Assembly: GCA_030694965.1 (NCBI GenBank) | Contig: JAUYTZ010000014.1 | Location: 5,523-69,522, forward strand | Length of the DNA stretch: 64,000 bases | From: Candidatus Paracaedibacteraceae bacterium | Lineage (GTDB): Bacteria; Pseudomonadota; Alphaproteobacteria; Paracaedibacterales; CAIOTO01 | Direction of reading: 5' to 3' | Shown here: positions 31,575-42,834 of the stretch, piece after piece | How the letters are laid out: the number at the start of each line of letters is the position of its first letter | How positions within the stretch are numbered: the stretch's first letter is position 1 | The notes under the pieces: model-generated | What the model saw: the letters and a program-made list of their open reading frames with translations, nothing else | Told to the model about the DNA's origin: nothing | Databases searched by the model: none | Translations under genes and position numbers: made by a program

Positions 31575-34142
31575 CTATTTTAGAACAAGACAATTGTCAT
31601 CACAGTCAACATAAACCGTTGAATCATCATTCACATCACCTGCTAGAATTTTAAGTGCAAGTGGATCTTGCAATTCACGTTGAATAACACGGCGAAGTGG
31701 GCGTGCACCATACATTGGATCATAGCCAGCTTCAACAAACCACTGTAGAGCTGCATCTGTAAAATCAAGAATAATTTTTCGATCAGCAAGACGTGTTTGT
31801 AAACCTTTAAGTTGAATACCAACAATTGCAGCCATATCTGATTTTCGAAGACGATTAAAGATTACAATTTCATCCAAGCGATTTAAGAATTCAGGACGAA
31901 AAGCTTGTTTAACAATAGCCATAACATCGCTTCGCACTTGCTGGCTAATTATTTCGGATGAATCACATTGACTAAGCGCATCTGAACCTAAGTTCGACGT
32001 TAAAATAATAATGGTATTTTTAAAATCAACAGTGCGTCCTTGGCTATCTGTCAAACGCCCATCATCCAGTACTTGTAATAAAATGTTAAAAACATCTGTA
32101 TGTGCTTTCTCAACTTCATCAAAAAGAATGACAGAGTAAGGGCGTCTGCGCACAGCTTCCGTTAATGCACCACCTTGCTCATATCCAACATATCCTGGAG
32201 GTGCCCCGATAAGACGCGACACCGAATGTTTTTCCATATATTCAGACATATCAATACGAATAAGATTCGTTTCATCATCAAACATAAAGGATGCTAATGT
32301 TTTACAAAGCTCTGTTTTTCCAACACCCGTTGGTCCTAAGAAAAGAAAAGATCCCATGGGACGATTAGGATCTTGAAGACCTGCTCGCGAACGCCTGACA
32401 GCATTTGAAATTGCATTGATTGCTTCATTTTGGCCAATTACTCGTTCATGAAGTTTTTCTTCCATTTTAATAAGCTTTTCACGTTCTGCGGTTAACATTT
32501 TTTCAACAGGTATGCCTGTCCAACGTGATACAATCAACGCAATATCTTGCTCTGTTACTTCTTCTTTAAATGATTTATGTGTTTCATTTTCAGAAAGAAC
32601 AGAAAGCTTTCGTTCCAGTTCAGGCAGTTGACTGTATAAAATTTCACCTGCACGTGTAAGATCGCCTCTGCGTTGTGCAATTTCTTGTTCAATTTTCAAA
32701 TGTTCAATGCGCGCTTTTAATTGGCGTCCTTCATCCAAATGCTTTTTTTCTTGCTGCCATGCCAGATTTAAGTCGCGTGACTTTTCTTCTAAATCAGCAA
32801 GTTCTTTTTGAAGCTTCTCAAGGCGGTCTTGTGATGCTTTATCTGTTTCTTTTTTGAGTGCTTCACGTTCAATTTTTAGCTGAATAATACGGCGATCAAG
32901 TTCATCTATATCTTCAGGTTTTGAATCAACGACCATCCGTAAACGACTTGCAGCCTCATCCATCAAGTCAATAGCTTTATCAGGCAAAAAGCGGTCGCTA
33001 ATATAACGGTTGGAATATGTACAAGCAGCCACAATTGCGTTATCGCTAATACGTACGCCATGGTGCAATTCATACTTTTCTTTAAGACCACGCAAAATAG
33101 AAATACTATCAATTACGGTTGGCTCAGACACAAAAACTGCCTGAAAACGACGTGCAAGTGCAGGGTCCTTTTCGATATATTGGCGATATTCGTCCAGCGT
33201 TGTCGCCCCTATACAATGTAGTTCTCCACGAGCAAGGGCTGGCTTTAGCATATTTGATGCATCCATAGCGCCATCTGTCTTTCCTGCACCAACAAGCGTA
33301 TGAAGTTCATCAATAAACATAATGACCTCACCAGCAGCTTTTGTAACTTCGCTAAGTACTGCTTTAAGACGTTCTTCAAAGTCGCCACGGTATTTTGCGC
33401 CAGCAAGTAGCGCACCTAAATCAAGTACCATAAGCTTTGTGTTACGCATAGATTCAGGTACATCGCCTTTTACAATACGTTGCGCAAGTCCTTCAGCAAT
33501 TGCTGTTTTGCCAACGCCGGGTTCACCAATAAGAACAGGGTTATTTTTAGTTCGACGACATAATACTTGAATCGTACGCCTAATTTCGTCATCACGACCA
33601 ATAACCGGATCAAGTTTTCCATCACGGACGGCTTGTGTTAAATCACGTGCATATTTGTTAAGCGCATCGTATGTTTCTTCTGCTGATTGTGATTCTACTT
33701 TACGTCCCTTTCGAAGTGTTTCAATCGCTTTATCCAGCGTTTTTTGATTAGCACCGGTACTTTCAATCAGTTCTTTTGTAGGCGACGTTGTTGCTAAACC
33801 ATAAAGAATAACTTCCGTACTAACATAAGCATCACCAAGACTTTTTGACTTTTTATCTGCAGCCTCTAATGCTTTTGCAACTTCAGGTGAAAGATAAACT
33901 TGGCTACTATTTGAACCAGAGACAGTTGAGATCTTTCGTAACTCAGCTTGAATGCGTTGTTCCAAGATATTAAGATCGCCTGCTGCATTTTTAAAAACTG
34001 ATGCACACAAACCGTCCGGATCATCAATTAAAACTTTAAGTAGGTGAATAGGGCTTAACTGCTGATGCCCTTCACGTATAGCGAGTAACTGTGCATTTTG
34101 TAACATTCCTTGGCTTTTTTGCGTATAACGATCCACTTGCAT
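31575..34142 (-). CDS. clpB: ATP-dependent chaperone/disaggregase ClpB
   Basis: 855 aa. Two AAA+ modules (GEPGVGKTA and GPTGVGKTE Walker A) separated by a long coiled-coil middle domain. Confidence 0.95.
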   Translation of the reverse strand: MQVDRYTQKSQGMLQNAQLLAIREGHQQLSPIHLLKVLIDDPDGLCASVFKNAAGDLNILEQRIQAELRKISTVSGSNSSQVYLSPEVAKALEAADKKSKSLGDAYVSTEVILYGLATTSPTKELIESTGANQKTLDKAIETLRKGRKVESQSAEETYDALNKYARDLTQAVRDGKLDPVIGRDDEIRRTIQVLCRRTKNNPVLIGEPGVGKTAIAEGLAQRIVKGDVPESMRNTKLMVLDLGALLAGAKYRGDFEERLKAVLSEVTKAAGEVIMFIDELHTLVGAGKTDGAMDASNMLKPALARGELHCIGATTLDEYRQYIEKDPALARRFQAVFVSEPTVIDSISILRGLKEKYELHHGVRISDNAIVAACTYSNRYISDRFLPDKAIDLMDEAASRLRMVVDSKPEDIDELDRRIIQLKIEREALKKETDKASQDRLEKLQKELADLEEKSRDLNLAWQQEKKHLDEGRQLKARIEHLKIEQEIAQRRGDLTRAGEILYSQLPELERKLSVLSENETHKSFKEEVTEQDIALIVSRWTGIPVEKMLTAEREKLIKMEEKLHERVIGQNEAINAISNAVRRSRAGLQDPNRPMGSFLFLGPTGVGKTELCKTLASFMFDDETNLIRIDMSEYMEKHSVSRLIGAPPGYVGYEQGGALTEAVRRRPYSVILFDEVEKAHTDVFNILLQVLDDGRLTDSQGRTVDFKNTIIILTSNLGSDALSQCDSSEIISQQVRSDVMAIVKQAFRPEFLNRLDEIVIFNRLRKSDMAAIVGIQLKGLQTRLADRKIILDFTDAALQWFVEAGYDPMYGARPLRRVIQRELQDPLALKILAGDVNDDSTVYVDCDDNCLVLK

Positions 34143-34317
34143 AAATATCCTCTTTTTAAGAACAACTTAAGTTTAGTGCATTGTAGCAGATTAGGTAAAA
34201 GAGTGACATTTTTATTAAGTATAAATGATTATTTTTGTGAGAATAAAATTAGCAGAGTGCGGTTCATTTTTAGGTATGCTACCTTTTAAAATATATGTGC
34301 AAATATGTTTTTACGTT

Positions 34318-35403
34318 ATGAAAAACTTTAATCAATTTAAAAAAATATCTCGCGAACACAAAAAATACGCGTTTTTGGTAATTTTCTGTTTACTATTTAT
34401 AAGTGGTTATTATTGCTTTTTTGCACCGACCCATACGATTGCTCCAATTTTAAAAGTTGCTGAAGTTGTTACCGTCAAGCACCAGACAATAGAACAAAAA
34501 GTTCGCTTAATTGGCAAGGTGCGCGCAAAACACTCTGCTTTATTGCAGGTAAAAGCACCAGGTGTTTTAGAAATTATAAAACAAACAGGTGAATCTGTAC
34601 CAAAAGGAACAATTATTGCGCGTGTATGCAATCCTGACATTGAAAAAAATTATGAAGCATCATTATTATCTGTGCAAATAGCAAAAGATCAATTTGAACG
34701 CACAAAATTTTTAACTAAAACAGGAACCATGAGTAAAGTTGCTGCCGAAGAAAAACAATCTGCACTTTTAATTGCTGAACAAAATTTAGCAAATGCCAAA
34801 ATTGAACTTGATAAAATTCGTTTTTATGCACCTTTTTCAGGGACAATTGGTGCATACAAGGAACATGATCGCAGCGAAGTAACGGTTGGAATGCCACTTG
34901 TTTATTTCTATGATTTAAGCCAAATGATTGTTGAATTTGATGTTCCTGCACCTCTCGTTGCAACGACAAATGTTGGACAATCCGTGTATATTGACGGAAA
35001 AAAATATGTATTAACAGCTATTCAAAAAATGTTAGATGAATCAACACATATGGCGCCTGCAAGTGTAGAAATTGATACTCAAGCTCACGTTGTTGGTATG
35101 TCAATCAATGTTGATTTAACCGTATTTGAAAAAAATAATGTGCTTGTACTACCTGATGATTCTGTCTTTCTAGATCAAGGAAAACCCCATGTTTACATTA
35201 TTAAAAATTCAAAAACCGTATTAACACCTGTGGAACTAGGTCTTCGTGCACGTGACACTATAGAGATAATAAAAGGTCTTAATGCAGGAGACGTTATTGT
35301 TTCACAGGCGCAATCACGTCTCTCAAATGGTATGGAAGTAAAAATACACGATCCAAAAGAATTTACATCTAATAAAGATAACAACAAGAGTTTAAATAAA
35401 TGA
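34318..35403 (+). CDS. RND efflux periplasmic adaptor (membrane fusion protein)
   Basis: HlyD/AcrA-family architecture (TM anchor, lipoyl hairpin, coiled coil, barrel). I place the start at ATG 34318 (MKNFNQFKK...) just before the TM segment, not at the track start 34225. Confidence 0.8.
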   Translation: MKNFNQFKKISREHKKYAFLVIFCLLFISGYYCFFAPTHTIAPILKVAEVVTVKHQTIEQKVRLIGKVRAKHSALLQVKAPGVLEIIKQTGESVPKGTIIARVCNPDIEKNYEASLLSVQIAKDQFERTKFLTKTGTMSKVAAEEKQSALLIAEQNLANAKIELDKIRFYAPFSGTIGAYKEHDRSEVTVGMPLVYFYDLSQMIVEFDVPAPLVATTNVGQSVYIDGKKYVLTAIQKMLDESTHMAPASVEIDTQAHVVGMSINVDLTVFEKNNVLVLPDDSVFLDQGKPHVYIIKNSKTVLTPVELGLRARDTIEIIKGLNAGDVIVSQAQSRLSNGMEVKIHDPKEFTSNKDNNKSLNK

Positions 35404-38400
35404 AAATAACTGAATATTTTATAAAACATCCAGTTATTGCACTTGTAATCAACGCCATGGTGTTAATTATCGGCCTGCTCTGTTTTAATCAACTATCATT
35501 ACGTGAATATCCACTCATTAATTTCTCGACAATTTCTGTCAACACAACATACCCCAACGCTTCGGCTGATATTATAGAATCAACAGTTACAAATGTTCTG
35601 GAAGACAACCTTGCTGGAATAGAGGGTTTAATGGACATGAAGTCCACAACACGTTCTGGGCAGGCTGAAATTACGTTAGATTTTAATGTTGGTATTTCTA
35701 TGGATCGTGCAATGTCAGCAGTACGTGATGCTGTATCAATTGCTATGGCTGACCTACCAAAAGATGCAAAAACACCTATTATAAAGAAAAAAACAGTTGA
35801 TGCTGAAGGGCCACCATTTATGGCTGTTTCAATTCGATCAAATTCATCTGATTTTGGTGCACTTACACATTATGCGAATTTAAATCTTAAAAACGCCTTT
35901 AGAAGTATTCCTGGCGTGAGCGCTGCTGACATATACGGCCAACAATATACTTATGAAGTAACATTAGATCCCAATTTATTATACACATTTGGTGTGAATG
36001 CAGATGAAGTATATGATGTTCTTAATAAAAGCAGTCATTCATTACCTGTTGGAAAGTTTCAAGATCAAATTCCAACGACTCTTATTACTTCGCTTAACTC
36101 TAAAGAAGATTATGAGAATTTAGTCATTCGCCCAGCAACAAAAAGCTTCCCTGCTATTTTTCTACGTTCAGTAGCAACTATTATACAAAAAACAGATGAC
36201 ACTTCAAACCGTGTTAAAATTAATGGCAAGCCTGGTATTGTAATTACCATTAGTCGTGGAATGAGTGCTAATCCTGTCGATGTGTCTAATTTAGTAAATA
36301 AAAAGGTTGCTGAAATTAAGCAAGGATTGCCAAATGACATGAGAGTAGACATCGTTTTAGATCAAGCTGAGTTCGTAAGATCATCAATCGATACAATTAA
36401 ATCATCCATTATTGAAGCTATTGTTTTGGTATTAGCAATTGTCTTTTTATTTTTAAGATCTTTTCGGGCCACATTTATCCCGCTTGTTACAATTCCAATT
36501 TCACTTGCTGGCTCAATGCTTTTTTTAAGCGCATTTGGTTGCTCAATTAATATGATTACTCTTTTAGCAATGGTGCTTGCTATTGGTCTTGTTGTTGATG
36601 ATGCTATTGTTGTACTTGAAAATATTGCACGGCACATTGAAGAAGGATTAAAACCTTTAGATGCAGCAATTAAGGGAGGCAGGGAAATCGGTTTTGCAGT
36701 TTTAGCCATGACTTTTACACTTGTAAGTGTATTTGCACCGATTGCATTTATACAAGGTGCTATTGGTCAATTGTTTGTTGAATTTGCTGTTGCACTTGCA
36801 GGAAGCGTATTTGTATCAGGAATGGTTGCTTTGACATTATCTCCACTTATGTGCGCTTCATTTTTAAAAAGTGAACGTCGTACTTTATGGTCTTCTGTTG
36901 ATATTTTTCTTAACAAAATTACAGCTCATTATGAAAATCTTTTAACAATTCTTTTAACAAAGGCAAGATTGATTAGTTTTGCAATGCTTTGCGCTTTTGT
37001 GTTTATGTTTGCATTATTTAATAAATTACCAACCGAAATGACTCCTAAAGAAGATCGTAGTTTAATTGGTGTATGGATTCCTCCAATTCCTGGTAAAGAT
37101 ATTAATGCTTTGGATGAACGCATAGCTGAAATTCAACAAAAAATAGGTGTGGTTCCTGAAGCAGAAAACGTTATGATTTTTATGGGAAACTGGGGTGCAT
37201 CTCTTTGTTTTGGTTTAACTCCAAAGAATGTTCGGAAAAAATCTTCTGAAATGATGAAGCAAAATATTCAAATGTTAATGAATGATTTTCCGTCCGTTGA
37301 CATGTTTGTTTGGTCGGTTGATTCAGGATTGCCTGGCCTTGATACATCTGGCGGCTCCGACTTAAAAATGGTTGTATCAACTGTAGATAGCTACCTTATG
37401 CTTTATAACGCAGCTGAAAAAATGGTAAAAGCATGTGCTGATGCAAAAACACTACCTTCGCTTGCGCATGATTTGAATTTAAATAGCAAATCTTACACCA
37501 TTGATCTCGATGCAAATTTATTAGGCAAGCTTAATCTTGATCAAGCAGCGATTGCAAAGCTGATATCTATTTTCTTTAGTAGTGATAAAACATTGAACTT
37601 TAATAAAGATGGTATTTCATATGTGATAACAATCAAAGGTCAAGATAAACCATGGACACTTGATGAGCTTTATATCACCAATAATACAGGAAATCGTATT
37701 TCTCTTGGAACGCTGGGGACATTAAAACCATCAACTCAACCGGATAGCCTATTTCATTATAACCAAATGCGATCTTTGACATTAACAGCACAAATGTCTA
37801 ATGCATCACTTGATCATAACATGAATACATTAAAAACAATTGCTGACACATCCTTACCTCCTTCTTATAAGAAAACATGGATTGGTATGGCTAAAGTACA
37901 TAAAGAATCAGCATTAACAATGATGACGCTTATTTTTCTAGCTATTATTTTTATTTACGCAGTTATGGCTATCCAATTTGAAAGCTTTCTTGATCCATTA
38001 ATGGTGATGTTGACTGTTCCTCTTGCTGCAATGGGAGCATTATTTGCATTATGGGCAACAGGACAAACTATGAATATTTACACTCAAATTGGTCTTATTA
38101 CATTAATTGGACTTATTACAAAAAACGGTATTTTAATTGTAGAATTTGCAAATCAGCAACTTGAAAAAGGAATGAGTGCTATCGATGCCGTAAAAAAGGC
38201 GGCAAGCCTAAGATTAAGACCAATACTAATGACAACAAGTGCTATGATTTTAGGGGCATTACCACTAATTTTATCAAATTCAAGTGGTTCTGAAACAAGA
38301 CGAGTGATAGGAGCCGTCCTTGTTGGCGGACTTAGTTTTGGCACGCTACTTACATTAATTTTTTTACCAACAATCTACGCAGCAATTAAAGGAAAGCGAT

Positions 38401-38405
38401 TTTAA
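35400..38405 (+). CDS. RND efflux transporter, inner-membrane permease (HAE1-like)
   Basis: 1001 aa. N-terminus MKITEYFIKHPVIALV and conserved GLVVDDAIVVLENI motif. ATGA overlap with the adaptor gene. Confidence 0.9.
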   Translation: MKITEYFIKHPVIALVINAMVLIIGLLCFNQLSLREYPLINFSTISVNTTYPNASADIIESTVTNVLEDNLAGIEGLMDMKSTTRSGQAEITLDFNVGISMDRAMSAVRDAVSIAMADLPKDAKTPIIKKKTVDAEGPPFMAVSIRSNSSDFGALTHYANLNLKNAFRSIPGVSAADIYGQQYTYEVTLDPNLLYTFGVNADEVYDVLNKSSHSLPVGKFQDQIPTTLITSLNSKEDYENLVIRPATKSFPAIFLRSVATIIQKTDDTSNRVKINGKPGIVITISRGMSANPVDVSNLVNKKVAEIKQGLPNDMRVDIVLDQAEFVRSSIDTIKSSIIEAIVLVLAIVFLFLRSFRATFIPLVTIPISLAGSMLFLSAFGCSINMITLLAMVLAIGLVVDDAIVVLENIARHIEEGLKPLDAAIKGGREIGFAVLAMTFTLVSVFAPIAFIQGAIGQLFVEFAVALAGSVFVSGMVALTLSPLMCASFLKSERRTLWSSVDIFLNKITAHYENLLTILLTKARLISFAMLCAFVFMFALFNKLPTEMTPKEDRSLIGVWIPPIPGKDINALDERIAEIQQKIGVVPEAENVMIFMGNWGASLCFGLTPKNVRKKSSEMMKQNIQMLMNDFPSVDMFVWSVDSGLPGLDTSGGSDLKMVVSTVDSYLMLYNAAEKMVKACADAKTLPSLAHDLNLNSKSYTIDLDANLLGKLNLDQAAIAKLISIFFSSDKTLNFNKDGISYVITIKGQDKPWTLDELYITNNTGNRISLGTLGTLKPSTQPDSLFHYNQMRSLTLTAQMSNASLDHNMNTLKTIADTSLPPSYKKTWIGMAKVHKESALTMMTLIFLAIIFIYAVMAIQFESFLDPLMVMLTVPLAAMGALFALWATGQTMNIYTQIGLITLIGLITKNGILIVEFANQQLEKGMSAIDAVKKAASLRLRPILMTTSAMILGALPLILSNSSGSETRRVIGAVLVGGLSFGTLLTLIFLPTIYAAIKGKRF

Positions 38406-38516
38406 TTAATTTTTTCTCGACTTTTTAATCATCAACACATAGTATAATCGTTATACATTTCGAGTAAAAATAGATCTGTTCTCACTCAATTATTTTATTC
38501 ATTTTTTTGGTGATTC

Positions 38517-40604
38517 ATGAAAATTTACCCTGGCTCTCCTCAGCATTCTCGTGACAATAAAAAAGAAACTGAACAACTCGCAAGACCACTAAAAGCTAAA
38601 CGACCAACAAAATCTAAAAATCCTAGAAAGTCTTTTTTTCTACGTTTCATGGGAAAAATGGTATATGGCCTTTTCATGGTTGGAATTTGGGGCAGTATTT
38701 TATTAACACTAGGCATATTATGGTTTTCACAAGATTTACCTGATCTTGGTGCTTTATCTGTTCAAACAAGAAAACCAAGCGTCACCGTGCAAACACATGA
38801 TGGTACAATTTTAGGCACATATGGAGACTTGTATGAGGATATGATTCCCGTAGCTGATTTGCCTGCATATGTACCGCAAGCTATTATGGCGGTTGAAGAT
38901 CGCCGTTTTGAATATCATTTTGGCGTTGATGTTATTGGTCTTATACGGGCGGCATACACGAACTACAAGGCGCAACGTGTTGTGCAGGGTGGGTCAACGT
39001 TAACACAGCAGCTTTCTAAAAATATTTTACAAACACATGGCTTGTTTAGTGTAAAAGACCGTTCTATGAAACGTAAAATTCAAGAAGTACTTTTATCTCT
39101 TTGGCTTGAATGGAAATTTACAAAACAGCAAATTATGACCATGTACTTGAATCGCGTTTATTTAGGGTCTGCAACTTATGGTATTGACGCAGCTGCACGT
39201 ATGTATTTCAATAAATCAGCCCGGAGCTTGACCGTTTTCGAAGCTGCTATTATTGCAGGATTATTAAAAGCTCCATCTAATTACACACCTTCAAAAAATC
39301 CAAAAAGGTCGATTGAACGTGCAACGGTTGTGTTGCGCCTTATGCAAGAAGCAGGTTACATCAAAGAATATGAAGACCATCTTAAACAAGGTGAAGTAGA
39401 TCTTGCTAATATTCAATTAACTCAAGGAAAAGGGGGAAAATATTTTGCCGACTGGATCTATGATACTATTCCTTCGATTATCGGACCAATTACTAAAGAC
39501 ATTGTCGTCATAACAACGTTAGACACAGATATGCAACGCCATGCAGAAATGGTCGCTAAGTATTACAATGAAACCATGGGAAAAGAGCTTAATGCTTCAC
39601 AAGTTTCCTTTATTGCAATGTCACCTGATGGTGCCGTAAAAGCCTTAGTTGGTGGAAGAAACTATGCCGAAAGCCAATTCAATCGTGCTGTACAAGCTGT
39701 CCGTCAACCAGGATCTGCATTTAAAACATTTGTTTACTTAGCTGCAATGGAATCTGGCATGACACCAGAAACATTGATAGATGATTCCCCATATAATGGT
39801 GGAAAATGGCGTCCAAGCAATTTTAAGCATACCTCATTAGGTCAAGTAACCTTGCGCACGGGCTTTATGAAATCTGTAAACAGCGTTTCTATACGTTTGG
39901 CAGAAAAAGTAACACCACTTCGTGTTGCTGAAACAGCGCAACGTTTAGGAATCAGCCGTCCTTTGCCCAATGAACTTAGTATTGCACTTGGAGCAGGAGA
40001 GACTACGCTGCTTGAGCTTACAACTGCACATGCTACTTTTTGCAATCAGGGGTACGCTGTGTGGCCACATGGTGTGATGGAAGTGCGAGATAAAGAAGGT
40101 AATATTTTATATCAGCACACAGAAGTGACACGACAACGAATTATAGCAGCTACCCCTCTCGCTTATATGCGTGATTTATTGCGTGCAAACGTTGAATCAG
40201 GCTCCGGGCGTGCATCAAATATTGATTCCACAGTGGCTGGAAAAACAGGCAGTAACGGAGATAAAGACGCATTTTTCTTAGGTTACAGAGACGAATATGG
40301 CACATCCACAACAGGGTATACAAATATTGTTTTTGGAGCCTGGGTTGGCAATGACAGCGGTGCAGCTATGGCAAAAATATCAACAGGCGGCAAAATACCC
40401 ACACGTATTTGTGCTGATTTCTTAAAAGGTCCAAACACACACCTGACAAATAATACTGCTACAACACACACGAGCAGGAGCTTAGCAATACAAAACACAC
40501 AAACAGCGCCTCAAAAAAATTTACCCACCACATCGACAAAGAGCGAAAAAACTGCTACAAGGAGTGCTATGCAACCAAAAACACTCGATGATCTGTTCCA
40601 ATAA
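38517..40604 (+). CDS. mrcA: class A penicillin-binding protein (PBP1A-type transglycosylase/transpeptidase)
   Basis: 695 aa. GT51 motifs (EDRRFEYHFGVD, GGSTLTQQ, RKIQE) and transpeptidase SxxK (GSAFK), SxN (SVN) and KTG (AGKTGS). T/N/S-rich C-terminal tail. Confidence 0.9.
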   Translation: MKIYPGSPQHSRDNKKETEQLARPLKAKRPTKSKNPRKSFFLRFMGKMVYGLFMVGIWGSILLTLGILWFSQDLPDLGALSVQTRKPSVTVQTHDGTILGTYGDLYEDMIPVADLPAYVPQAIMAVEDRRFEYHFGVDVIGLIRAAYTNYKAQRVVQGGSTLTQQLSKNILQTHGLFSVKDRSMKRKIQEVLLSLWLEWKFTKQQIMTMYLNRVYLGSATYGIDAAARMYFNKSARSLTVFEAAIIAGLLKAPSNYTPSKNPKRSIERATVVLRLMQEAGYIKEYEDHLKQGEVDLANIQLTQGKGGKYFADWIYDTIPSIIGPITKDIVVITTLDTDMQRHAEMVAKYYNETMGKELNASQVSFIAMSPDGAVKALVGGRNYAESQFNRAVQAVRQPGSAFKTFVYLAAMESGMTPETLIDDSPYNGGKWRPSNFKHTSLGQVTLRTGFMKSVNSVSIRLAEKVTPLRVAETAQRLGISRPLPNELSIALGAGETTLLELTTAHATFCNQGYAVWPHGVMEVRDKEGNILYQHTEVTRQRIIAATPLAYMRDLLRANVESGSGRASNIDSTVAGKTGSNGDKDAFFLGYRDEYGTSTTGYTNIVFGAWVGNDSGAAMAKISTGGKIPTRICADFLKGPNTHLTNNTATTHTSRSLAIQNTQTAPQKNLPTTSTKSEKTATRSAMQPKTLDDLFQ

Positions 40605-40776
40605 TATTTTTTCTTTAGTTATGAAATGAAACATTTTGAAATATTTACTTCTATTTTAATAGATCATTAATTGTCTGTTGTTAAGATGAACATAAAGCAT
40701 GATATATGCTATGAAAGAAAAATATAATGATTAAAAACTGTAATAATAAAATAATTTTAATAAGGATTTAAAGATT

Positions 40777-41451
40777 ATGTTAAATAAATCAAACAACATA
40801 ATTGAAACTCTTCTTGGCATTTTTGTTGTACTTGTCGCTGCTTACTTTGCGTACTTTGCTTATTCTTCAGGGCAAGCTGGGCGTTCATTTAAAGGATATA
40901 CTATCTCAGCTAAATTTATGCGCATTGATGGATTACATGTGGGCAGCGATGTTAAAATCAGTGGTGTTAAAATTGGCACAATTAAATCACTCGAAATTGA
41001 TCCAAAGACATATCAAGCAAATGTAGTTCTTTATATTGATGGAAAACTAAAAATACCAACAGATTCAAGCGCAGCGGTTGTCAGTGAGGGTTTACTTGGC
41101 GGTAAGTATATTGCAATAGAGCCAGGTGCAGATTCTGAAGTTTTAGCCAACAAAGGCATAATTATGGATACAGAATCATCTGTTAATTTTGAAACATTGC
41201 TTAATAAGTTTTTATTTTCAAAGTCAGAAGAAGAAAATGTAACTAAGAAAAATAATCATAAAGAAAGCAATGCCGAAGAGGATGTAAACAAAACTAAATC
41301 GGCGACCAATGAATCTCCTAATTTAGAAATCATGAACGATTCTCAAACACAAAATAAACCAGATACCGATAAATCTAAAAAAACAAAAATAGAATTAAAT
41401 AGAAAGCCAAATACAACAAAAAATGAAACTAATTCTATATCAGATGATTAA
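40777..41451 (+). CDS. mlaD: MlaD-like MCE-domain protein (outer-membrane lipid asymmetry system)
   Basis: 224 aa. N-terminal TM plus MCE domain collinear with E. coli MlaD (DPKTY, SGLLGGKYIA), followed by an approximately 80-aa K/N/E/T-rich tail. Confidence 0.8.
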   Translation: MLNKSNNIIETLLGIFVVLVAAYFAYFAYSSGQAGRSFKGYTISAKFMRIDGLHVGSDVKISGVKIGTIKSLEIDPKTYQANVVLYIDGKLKIPTDSSAAVVSEGLLGGKYIAIEPGADSEVLANKGIIMDTESSVNFETLLNKFLFSKSEEENVTKKNNHKESNAEEDVNKTKSATNESPNLEIMNDSQTQNKPDTDKSKKTKIELNRKPNTTKNETNSISDD

Positions 41452-41516
41452 GTAAAAAAATACGTAACATTTGATATAGGCGTATTTCAAACTTAGCTCA
41501 TTCAACTATAAACCGA

Positions 41517-42761
41517 TTAATCATCAAATCGCCGAATAAATTTCGCTATTTTTGGTTTGATGATTTCTCTCCAACGCTTACCATTGAAAATTCCGTAGTG
41601 CCCAACATGTTCCTGAACATAAAATTCTTTTTTGTTTTCACCTAAGCTAGAACATAAATTATGTGCTGCATAGGTCTGTCCTGGGCAAGAAATATCATCG
41701 CGTTCACCTTCAATAGTGAGTAGGGCAGTTTTCTTGATGCTTTCTGGTTTAATGTATTCCCCATGAAAAGTCATTTTGCCGCGTGGCAAATCAAATGTTT
41801 GAAAAATACGTGTAATACTTTCCATATAATATTCTGCGGGAACATCCATGACTGAACGATATTCATCATAAAAGACTTTATGTGTTTCTGTTGATTCTAA
41901 GTCACCTTGCACAAGATGTTTGAATAAATTAAATGAAGCATCTTGATGTCGTTCTATATTAAGCGCCATGAAACCATTTAGCATAATAAAACCAGGACAA
42001 ACGTGACGGCCTACACCTGGGTAGTAATGTGGAATCGTTGCAAGAATATTACGCTCAAACCAATCAATATCGTGATCAAGTGCAAATTTATTAACGACCC
42101 CAGGATTAACACGCGCATCAATAGGCCCTCCCATTAAGGTCATAGTTTTTGGCTGATATGGCGAATCATTTATTGCAAGGGAAGATACTGCCATTATCAC
42201 AGGAACAACAGGTTGACAGACAGCAATAACGTGAATGTTTCCTTTAAAATATTCAAAAAAAATAAGTAAGAGTTCTGCGTAATCATCAAGTGCAAAAGGA
42301 CCTTCGCTAAGAGAAATTAAACGCGAATCTTTCCAATCTGTAATCCACACATTATGATCTGGAACAAGCGCAGTAACTGTGTCTCGCAAAAGCGTTGCGT
42401 GGTGTCCAGATAAAGGAGAAACAATTAAGACATTTGGGTGATTATTGCCAATTGCGTGTCCAGCACACATTCGTTTAAATTGAAGCAAATTACAAAATGG
42501 ATGCTCCAACGTTAAACTTTCTTCAATAAAGCAAACGCGTTCTTTGCCATTTTCTATAACAATTGTATCTGGAATATGAAATGACGGCTTTATATACACC
42601 CGTGTTGAACGTTCAACAATTTCATTGCCTGCAGACAAAAAACGCCCCCAAAGGTTATCACTAAGAGGCATTAAATTAAAAAACAGCCCGTTTGCTTCAC
42701 TCCATAAGTGGGCAGGAAGCATCGCTGCATTTTTAAACTCATGTAATTCATAAAGAAGCAT
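41517..42761 (-). CDS. phaZ: intracellular polyhydroxyalkanoate depolymerase (PhaZ)
   Basis: 414 aa. N-terminus MLYELHEFKNAAMLP and overall length match the intracellular PHB depolymerase family. Confidence 0.75.
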   Translation of the reverse strand: MLLYELHEFKNAAMLPAHLWSEANGLFFNLMPLSDNLWGRFLSAGNEIVERSTRVYIKPSFHIPDTIVIENGKERVCFIEESLTLEHPFCNLLQFKRMCAGHAIGNNHPNVLIVSPLSGHHATLLRDTVTALVPDHNVWITDWKDSRLISLSEGPFALDDYAELLLIFFEYFKGNIHVIAVCQPVVPVIMAVSSLAINDSPYQPKTMTLMGGPIDARVNPGVVNKFALDHDIDWFERNILATIPHYYPGVGRHVCPGFIMLNGFMALNIERHQDASFNLFKHLVQGDLESTETHKVFYDEYRSVMDVPAEYYMESITRIFQTFDLPRGKMTFHGEYIKPESIKKTALLTIEGERDDISCPGQTYAAHNLCSSLGENKKEFYVQEHVGHYGIFNGKRWREIIKPKIAKFIRRFDD

Positions 42762-42834
42762 TTTGTTTTACAATGTAAAGATCATTTATAAATTATATTA
42801 TTTAACGCATTAATTTAATGTTAAAATAGTTGAT

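Noticed and set aside
34225-34317. N-terminal extensions given by the ORF track. They are 34225 for the adaptor, 52249 for dsbB-like, 53682 for proS, 55936 for iscR, 62521 for the 2H-like gene, 60211 for hscA, 55779 for the hydrolase and 15486 for the RND pump.
   Set aside because: Each extension either overlaps the preceding gene or terminator, or adds residues absent from the conserved family N-terminus. An internal ATG matching the family N-terminus is available in each case.
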